DNA from: Candidatus Omnitrophota bacterium
Lineage (GTDB): Bacteria; Omnitrophota; Gorgyraeia; 2-01-FULL-45-10
Length of the DNA: 64,000 nt
Assembly: GCA_028715345.1 (NCBI GenBank)
Contig: JAQUSB010000006.1
Coordinates: 4,096-68,095, forward strand
Direction: 5' to 3'
Shown here: piece after piece, positions 58,294 to 64,000 of the stretch
Numbering within the stretch: the first letter of the stretch is position 1
How the letters are laid out: every line of letters starts with the position of its first letter
Position numbers and translations under genes: made by a program
Notes under the pieces: model-generated
What the model saw: only the letters and a program-made list of their open reading frames with translations
Databases searched by the model: none
What the model was told of the DNA's origin: nothing

Positions 58294-58482
58294 CTATTCC
58301 TCGCCCTTTTTGAAGAATTTTGTCCTGATACCGCTGAAATCCTCGATGAATATTCTGCAGAGGTAATTGATCACTTCGCTCACTTCCCTGTTATTCTCGG
58401 TGCACATTCCTTTTATCTTCTCTTCGATAGATTTACTCGTCCTGCACCCCAGGAACCCATCGCATCTCTTTAACTTTTTCAT
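58294..58482 (-). CDS. Small Lys-rich, 4-Cys protein (62 aa) directly upstream of the giant gene
   Basis: ATG 58480-58482 preceded by perfect AGGAGG (58486-58491) at 3-nt spacing. MKKLKRCDGFLGCRTSK...GMCTENN...YLCRIF. The ORF-finder's longer TTG-initiated version is rejected. Same strand as the giant gene. Confidence 0.45.
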   Translation of the reverse strand: MKKLKRCDGFLGCRTSKSIEEKIKGMCTENNREVSEVINYLCRIFIEDFSGIRTKFFKKGEE

Positions 58483-58593
58483 ACGCCTCCTAAACTTGTA
58501 TATCAAATATTATACACATAAATACCTATCTTGGCAAGTTTATTCTGCCACGAGCTAGCTAAGTGCCGCGAGTTCTACGAGCGGCCAAGTTTA

Positions 58594-59046
58594 TTATAGG
58601 CGGATAATAAACCTGAATATCACCTGGAGTATAAGGTTCGTGTATATCGCGGCTACGATATCGTCGAACATTACGCCGAGCGAGCCGGTCAATTTTTCCA
58701 TCCTCTTCGCGGGCGGCGGTTTCAATATATCGAATATCCTGAACAGGAAAAACCCGAGTATCACAGCCAAAGCGCTGAACGGCACGAAGAAAAGAGCAAG
58801 CAGCATCCCGCACGCCTCGTCTATCACTATCATGTTGGCGTCTTTTCTCTTGTATATCTTTTCGGCTTCGCCGGAGAATATTATTCCCAGCACGAAAAGG
58901 AACAGGATGGAAAAACCGTACAGTACGTCTACGTTCCTTACAAGAAAATACACCGCTAACCCGCCGAGAGAACCTACCGTCCCCGGCATAAAAGGAGAAT
59001 GGCCGAGGTAGAAAAAACTTGTGATCATCTTAATCCGTTTTTTCAT
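58594..59046 (-). CDS. pgpA: Phosphatidylglycerophosphatase A
   Basis: 150 aa. GTVGSLGG...IDEACGM...FRIFDILKPPPA PgpA family motifs. Confidence 0.85.
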   Translation of the reverse strand: MKKRIKMITSFFYLGHSPFMPGTVGSLGGLAVYFLVRNVDVLYGFSILFLFVLGIIFSGEAEKIYKRKDANMIVIDEACGMLLALFFVPFSALAVILGFFLFRIFDILKPPPAKRMEKLTGSLGVMFDDIVAAIYTNLILQVIFRFIIRL

Positions 59047-59620
59047 TAGAGTATACCTCCCTGTTTTTTATAAGATATGCCAGCCCGCTCGTCAAGGTAA
59101 AGGTAACCGCTATTAACATTATAACGAATATGAAATCCTTGTAAAGAAATTCCAAACGCGTGTTCCAGAATCCGAATCGGGCAGCGCCGCCTTCCTTCAA
59201 TATGAAAAATACCAGTATCGCCATAATGGTCAAAAGCTGCCATACGGTCTTATGCTTCCCGCCGCCGTCCGCCTGCAGCACTTTGCCCTTACTGAGAGCA
59301 AAAAGGCGCAAACCGGTAACCGCCACCTCCCTGAAAATTATTATTACGACCATCCAGGCGGGAACGACGCCGCGCTCCACAAAAGCCAGGAACGCAGCCA
59401 GGACGAGCACCTTGTCGGCTATCGGGTCCATAAGCCTGCCGAAATCGGTTATCTCGTTATTTTTTTTGGCCAGGTACCCGTCGAGCGCGTCGGTCAATGA
59501 GGCAACGAGGAACACAAGGAGCGCCGCCGTTTTTGCAAGGACGCCGTGCATATAAAAAAATGCCATGAATACGAAGGTCAGCGCTATCCGTAATACGGTA
59601 AGCTTATTCGGAAGGTTCAT
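59030..59620 (-). CDS. pgsA: CDP-diacylglycerol--glycerol-3-phosphate 3-phosphatidyltransferase
   Basis: 196 aa. CDP-alcohol phosphotransferase motif DALDGYLAKK...GRLMDPIADK. Confidence 0.9.
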   Translation of the reverse strand: MNLPNKLTVLRIALTFVFMAFFYMHGVLAKTAALLVFLVASLTDALDGYLAKKNNEITDFGRLMDPIADKVLVLAAFLAFVERGVVPAWMVVIIIFREVAVTGLRLFALSKGKVLQADGGGKHKTVWQLLTIMAILVFFILKEGGAARFGFWNTRLEFLYKDFIFVIMLIAVTFTLTSGLAYLIKNREVYSNEKTD

Positions 59621-60975
59621 ATCTTATTCCCCACGAGGTCGTATTCAAGAGTGTCTTTTATCCTGACATCACAGATCTGCCCCACCCTTATCCCCTTTCC
59701 CGTGACATAAACTATCCCGTCGACTTCGGGCGCATCGCCTCCGGTGCGGCCGAGGAATTTTTCTTTCTCGCCTTCGCATTTCTCGTCTATCAGTACCCCG
59801 AGCGTCCTGCCCAGGTAACGCTTATTTATGCCGAGCGATATGCGCTTCTGTTCTTCCATTATAGCGTCGAGTCTTTGCCGCTTTACTTTTTCAGGCACCT
59901 GTTTTTCAAATCTTGCCGCGGGAGTCCCTTCTTCCCTGGAATAAACGAAAGCCCCCAAACGCTCGAACCTTGTATCCCGCAGAAATTTCACAAGCTCGTT
60001 AAAGTCTTTATCGGTTTCGCCGGGGAAACCCGTTATTACCGATGTCCTGAGGACAAGCCCCGGTATCTTCCTGCGCAATTTTTCTATAAGGGTTATTATA
60101 TCTCTTTTCGTGACGCACCTGTTCATTTTTTTGAGGATGCGGTCGGAGATATGCTGGATGGGCAGGTCGAGGTATTTGCAGATCTTTTTCTCCCGTCTTA
60201 TTACGGATATGAGCTCGTCGGTGTAATGGGCCGGGTGCGTATACAGTATCCTGAACCATTCTACGCTCGTTTCGATCCCGCAAAGCCTGCGCAAAAGTTC
60301 GCCCAACATCATCCTTCCGTACCGGTCGACGCCGAATAATGTAGTATCCTGCCCTATTAGATTTATTTCTTTTAGCCGGCCTGAACGCGATAAACTTTTT
60401 GTTTCTTTGGTCACCGACTCTATCGACCGGCTCCTGAAAACACCGCGCAGGCGCGATATTATGCAGTAACTGCAGAAATTACTGCAGCCTTCCGAGATCT
60501 TAAGGTAAGCGTAATGCGGCGGCGTGAAACTTATCCTGGGCGAGCGTTCATCGTACAAATAGTCCGGCACGGCCGATACCACGGAACGCGCGCCGGGCTT
60601 GCGTATATTCTTTAAAAGGCGCGGCAATTCCGGAAAATCACTCGTCCCGATCATGAGATCCGCTTCGCTCAATTCCGACGCCAATTTTTCTTTGTATAAC
60701 TGAGGCAGGCACCCGCATACTACAAGATACCCGATCTTGCCCCCTTTCTTGAGCTCGGCCGCCTCAAGGATGGAATCGACGGACTCTTCCCTCGCACTCT
60801 TTATAAAAGCGCAGGTATTTATCACACATATATCGGCTCCGCCGGTCATGTCGACTATGGAGAAACCGGCTTTTTTGAGAGAGCCTGCGATCACTTCCGA
60901 ATCGAGCTGATTGCGCGGGCATCCCAGGGATATGATACCGACAGTGGAATTGGAATTGCGGTTTTTCTTAGACAT
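59617..60975 (-). CDS. rimO: MiaB-family radical-SAM methylthiotransferase, RimO-like
   Basis: 452 aa. N-terminal MTTase domain Cys triad (LGCPRNQ...INTCAF...VCGC). Radical-SAM CSNFCSYC. C-terminal TRAM-like region. Adjacency to pgsA favours RimO over MiaB. Confidence 0.7.
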   Translation of the reverse strand: MSKKNRNSNSTVGIISLGCPRNQLDSEVIAGSLKKAGFSIVDMTGGADICVINTCAFIKSAREESVDSILEAAELKKGGKIGYLVVCGCLPQLYKEKLASELSEADLMIGTSDFPELPRLLKNIRKPGARSVVSAVPDYLYDERSPRISFTPPHYAYLKISEGCSNFCSYCIISRLRGVFRSRSIESVTKETKSLSRSGRLKEINLIGQDTTLFGVDRYGRMMLGELLRRLCGIETSVEWFRILYTHPAHYTDELISVIRREKKICKYLDLPIQHISDRILKKMNRCVTKRDIITLIEKLRRKIPGLVLRTSVITGFPGETDKDFNELVKFLRDTRFERLGAFVYSREEGTPAARFEKQVPEKVKRQRLDAIMEEQKRISLGINKRYLGRTLGVLIDEKCEGEKEKFLGRTGGDAPEVDGIVYVTGKGIRVGQICDVRIKDTLEYDLVGNKI

Positions 60976-60989
60976 TGGTTCCTAAAAGG

Positions 60990-61811
60990 CTACCTGACCC
61001 TGAAACCGTTCGAGGTGACTTCGATATTCCGGATAACGCCTCTGCCCGGGGCGCCCAGAGATTTGCCGTTCACGATGATCTCTACGGATTCCGCCCTGCC
61101 TACGAACATGTTGACGGAATTATTTACCGAGAAGGTTTCTTCTATCCCCTTCGGCAGGACCCTTTTAAATATGAGAACGCCGTCTTTCTTTAACTGGACC
61201 ATGACGGGATTTTTGATCTTCAGGGTCATGGTGAACGGGACGTTCCTGGACGGCAGCGCCAGGCGCGCGGGCGCTTTCTCGCCTACGGATTTTGACGCGG
61301 CGGCCTTTGACGCAGATGCCTTTGCCACGCGCGATGATGCTTTAATGGCTTTGTCCGGCCGGATCTTTTTGGATGGGCCCAGATTTTTAAAATGACCGAC
61401 GGCCTTGGATCCGACAAATACCGCTAACGCTATGAGAACGATAAAGATCAGCACGCTTCTCGCGACTCGTATGGTCCGTGAAATGTCCGCGGAAGCTTTT
61501 ATGTCCGATGGGTTAATGCCTCTATTAATATGCCCGCTCTTCAGCTCCGGGTGGAGGGTAAGGTATTCGGCAATTATGGCCCGGTGGTCGAACCCGAGAT
61601 AATTCGAGTACTCTTTAAGGAAGCTTTTGACATAGTTAGGCGTAAGGATATCATCGCACCGCCCGTTCTCCATGGCGCTTAAAACCGTCGAATGTATATG
61701 GGTCTGCTTCTGCGCCTGGTCGAGCGTAAGGCCTTTCTTCTCCCTGGCCTGGCGCAGCCTGTCGCCTATCTCCGTTACCGATACGGCCTTTTCCTCAGGT
61801 GGGTTGGGCAT
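60990..61811 (-). CDS. rodZ: RodZ-like cytoskeleton protein (HTH-XRE, single TM, C-terminal DUF4115-like)
   Basis: 273 aa. N-terminal LRQAREKKGLTLDQAQKQTHIHSTVLSAMENG HTH, central TM helix (VLIFIVLIALAVFVG), Lys/Ala-rich linker, C-terminal beta-rich domain. Lies in the ftsK-rodZ-pgsA synteny. Confidence 0.7.
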   Translation of the reverse strand: MPNPPEEKAVSVTEIGDRLRQAREKKGLTLDQAQKQTHIHSTVLSAMENGRCDDILTPNYVKSFLKEYSNYLGFDHRAIIAEYLTLHPELKSGHINRGINPSDIKASADISRTIRVARSVLIFIVLIALAVFVGSKAVGHFKNLGPSKKIRPDKAIKASSRVAKASASKAAASKSVGEKAPARLALPSRNVPFTMTLKIKNPVMVQLKKDGVLIFKRVLPKGIEETFSVNNSVNMFVGRAESVEIIVNGKSLGAPGRGVIRNIEVTSNGFRVR

Positions 61812-64000
61812 TTTTAGATTCGTACTCCTCTACGCTCATAAGTATATCGCGCGGTTTCGAGCCCTGATACGGTCCGACGAGCCCCTCGTCTTCCATCATG
61901 TCTATGAGCCGCGCGGCCCTCGTGTAGCCTAAGCCCAGCCGCCTCTGCAGAACAGAAACGGAAGCCTGGCGCGATTCCAATATCAATTTGACGGCCTCGT
62001 CGTAAACTTCGTCTTTATCGAACTTTTTGAAAGAGGTCTTTTTCTGTATGTCGAGTATCCCGTTCACATACTCCGGGCCGCGCTGGGCTTTTATGAAATT
62101 CGTTATCCGCTCTATCTCTTTGTCGCTTATCAGGCTGCACTGCGCCCTGACAGGCTTCGACGCGCCCGGCTCAACGAACAACATATCGCCCCTGCCCAAA
62201 AGCTTGTCCGCGCCGTTTATGTCGAGAACCGTGCGCGAATCGACTTTCGAGGCGACCTTAAAAGATATCCTCGCCGGGAAATTGGCTTTGATGACGCCCG
62301 TTATGACGTCTACCGACGGCCTCTGGGTCGCTATGATGATGTGTATGCCGACAGCTCTGGACAGCTGGGCAAGCCGCGTGATCGCGCCTTCGACGTCATT
62401 CTGCGCCACCATCATGAGATCGGCCAGCTCGTCTATGACTATGACTATGTACGGCAGCCCGCCGCTCGGTTCTTTGCCGAATTTTTCGTTGTAAAGCGCG
62501 ATATTCCTGACCCCGGACTTGGCGAAAAGCTCATATCTTGAATCCATTTCGCTCACTACCCAGTCGAGCGTACTGGCGACTTTCTTCGCATCGGTAACTA
62601 CCGGCGACAACAGGTGCGGCATATCATTAAAAACTGCCAGCTCGACCCTCTTCGGGTCTATCATGATAAATTTGACCTCGTCGGGTGTGGCATTATAAAG
62701 AATGGTCGTGATTATAGTGTTAACGCAGACGGTTTTGCCTGAACCGGTAGCGCCGGCTATCAAAAGGTGCGGCATCGAAGCCAGATCGGCTATCACCGGG
62801 GTGCCCGCGATGTCTTTGCCGAGAGCGAGCTTCAGTTTCGATTGCGGCTGGCGATACTCTTTCGAATCGAGCACGTCTTTCAAGTAAACGAGCGAGCTGG
62901 ACGAATTCGGGACCTCGAATCCTATCGTGCCTTTGCCGGGTATCGGGGCGACTATCCTGACCGACTGCGCTTTCATCGCGAGCGCAATATTGTCGCTTAA
63001 AGAAGTGATCCTGTGTATCTTTACCCCCGGGGCCGGCTCAAGCTCATACCTCGTTATCACGGGGCCCTTGTTTATTTCGACGACTTTGCCTTCTATGTCG
63101 AAGTCCATTAAAGTCTCTTCGAGGATACGCGCGTTGCCTTCGAGGTCATCCTTTATGCGCCTGGACTCCATCGGCGGAGGATTGTCGAGAAGGTCGAGCC
63201 CTGGCAGAGTGAATTTATCAGATTTGGCCTGGTCTGTCCTCAGGACTTCCTGTGGCTGCGTCTTAACCTGGGCCGTCTGAGCCTCCTGCCTCTTAACCAC
63301 AGGCGCTTCCTTCTTAGGTTCTCTGGTCTCTTCCGAGGAGAATATCTTTATCGGATCGCGCTTTTCTACCTTCGCAAGCGCTTTTACGGGTTTTTGTTCT
63401 ACGAACGGAAGCTTTATGGCAGGTTTTTTCAGCGCAAGCTGCGCACTGGGCCTCTTCGGCCGTTCTTCGCGTGCCGGCTTTTTAGCGTCTTTCAATCCTT
63501 TTATCTTACCGAATAAATTCGCAAGGAACGGCAGGAGCAAAAACTCAGTCGCCAACAGGACTGATAGAAGGAACAGGACAACTATCACAAGTATCGCGCC
63601 GCCGCGGCCGAGATATTTTATCAGAAAATCGGAAAATATAAGGCCGGTGATGCCGCCGAGAGAAAAACGGAAAGAGTTATCGCCTTTACCGATAATAGAA
63701 AAGATCGAGCTGGACGCGAGTATGAGGAAGAACGTGCCAAATAATTTGAAATGTATCTTCTGCGGGGTTATGCCGTAAAGCCGCGCCACCGCCCAGCTTA
63801 TGACAAGGAGCGGTATGACGTATGAACTGAGTCCCATAAGGAAAAATAACGCCGCGCCCAGGTAAACACCGACGAGCCCGGCTAGATTTTTCACCGGGAC
63901 ATTAGGCTTTGACGTGAACATGGACAGGTCCGAGAAACTGAATGTGATGAGGCTTGTGAAGATGAGGATAGCTATAGCAAAGAGAATTATTGCCTGTATT
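61795..64000 (-). CDS. ftsK: DNA translocase FtsK/SpoIIIE, N-terminus beyond window edge
   Basis: Walker A GATGSGKTVCVN, IDPKRVEL..., C-terminal gamma winged-helix. The in-frame minus-strand reading continues without a stop past 64000 (...QAIILFAIAILIFTSLITFSFSDLS-MFTSKP), so the MFTSKP start listed at 63921 is internal. Confidence 0.9.
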   Translation of the reverse strand, partial: IQAIILFAIAILIFTSLITFSFSDLSMFTSKPNVPVKNLAGLVGVYLGAALFFLMGLSSYVIPLLVISWAVARLYGITPQKIHFKLFGTFFLILASSSIFSIIGKGDNSFRFSLGGITGLIFSDFLIKYLGRGGAILVIVVLFLLSVLLATEFLLLPFLANLFGKIKGLKDAKKPAREERPKRPSAQLALKKPAIKLPFVEQKPVKALAKVEKRDPIKIFSSEETREPKKEAPVVKRQEAQTAQVKTQPQEVLRTDQAKSDKFTLPGLDLLDNPPPMESRRIKDDLEGNARILEETLMDFDIEGKVVEINKGPVITRYELEPAPGVKIHRITSLSDNIALAMKAQSVRIVAPIPGKGTIGFEVPNSSSSLVYLKDVLDSKEYRQPQSKLKLALGKDIAGTPVIADLASMPHLLIAGATGSGKTVCVNTIITTILYNATPDEVKFIMIDPKRVELAVFNDMPHLLSPVVTDAKKVASTLDWVVSEMDSRYELFAKSGVRNIALYNEKFGKEPSGGLPYIVIVIDELADLMMVAQNDVEGAITRLAQLSRAVGIHIIIATQRPSVDVITGVIKANFPARISFKVASKVDSRTVLDINGADKLLGRGDMLFVEPGASKPVRAQCSLISDKEIERITNFIKAQRGPEYVNGILDIQKKTSFKKFDKDEVYDEAVKLILESRQASVSVLQRRLGLGYTRAARLIDMMEDEGLVGPYQGSKPRDILMSVEEYESKNAQPT

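Noticed and set aside
58225-58473. 82-aa plus-strand ORF in the pgpA-giant-gene intergenic region
   Set aside because: No RBS. It overlaps the better-supported minus-strand small ORF and its promoter region.
1-64000. CRISPR arrays, tRNA or rRNA genes
   Set aside because: No short direct-repeat/spacer periodicity anywhere. The few intergenic regions (22613-22717, 23255-23387, 25704-25903, 58109-58593) contain no cloverleaf-like GTTCGAATC-type T-arm sequences.

Overview
The window holds a tightly packed minus-strand housekeeping block (1-22.6 kb) followed by one giant 32.2-kb ORF (25904-58108).

Housekeeping block (1-22.6 kb, minus strand): lepA (truncated at the edge), a phosphohexomutase, rpe, an M50 protease with CBS domains, an M16 peptidase, ruvX, a ManC-like nucleotidyltransferase, a complete trp operon (trpE-G-D-C-F-B, an unknown inserted ORF, then trpA), the his genes (hisD-B-H-A-F-I), alaS, recX and recA.

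Downstream of the giant ORF (58.6-64 kb, minus strand): ftsK (truncated at the edge), rodZ-like, rimO-like, pgsA and pgpA.

The giant ORF encodes a 10,734-aa protein with an N-terminal signal peptide. I recognise in it a GNAT acetyltransferase fold, at least six class-I SAM-methyltransferase folds, three protein-kinase-like domains (one with intact VAIK/DFG motifs), a GHKL (HATPase_c) ATPase, an HD phosphohydrolase, a histidine-phosphatase (RHGETxxN) domain, about eight clusters of transmembrane helices, and two pairs of divergent internal repeat modules. It ends at a strong intrinsic terminator and is preceded by a terminator-like hairpin, a short Cys-containing ORF with a strong RBS, and a -10 box placed as for a leaderless mRNA. 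It is the main candidate for a novel system in this window.

Two paralogous ORF6N/KilA-N-like genes, both on the minus strand, bracket an inverted cinA-thpR pair. They sit exactly where the conserved ftsK-rodZ-pgsA-cinA-recA neighbourhood has been split by the giant-gene segment.

I found no CRISPR arrays, tRNA or rRNA genes.
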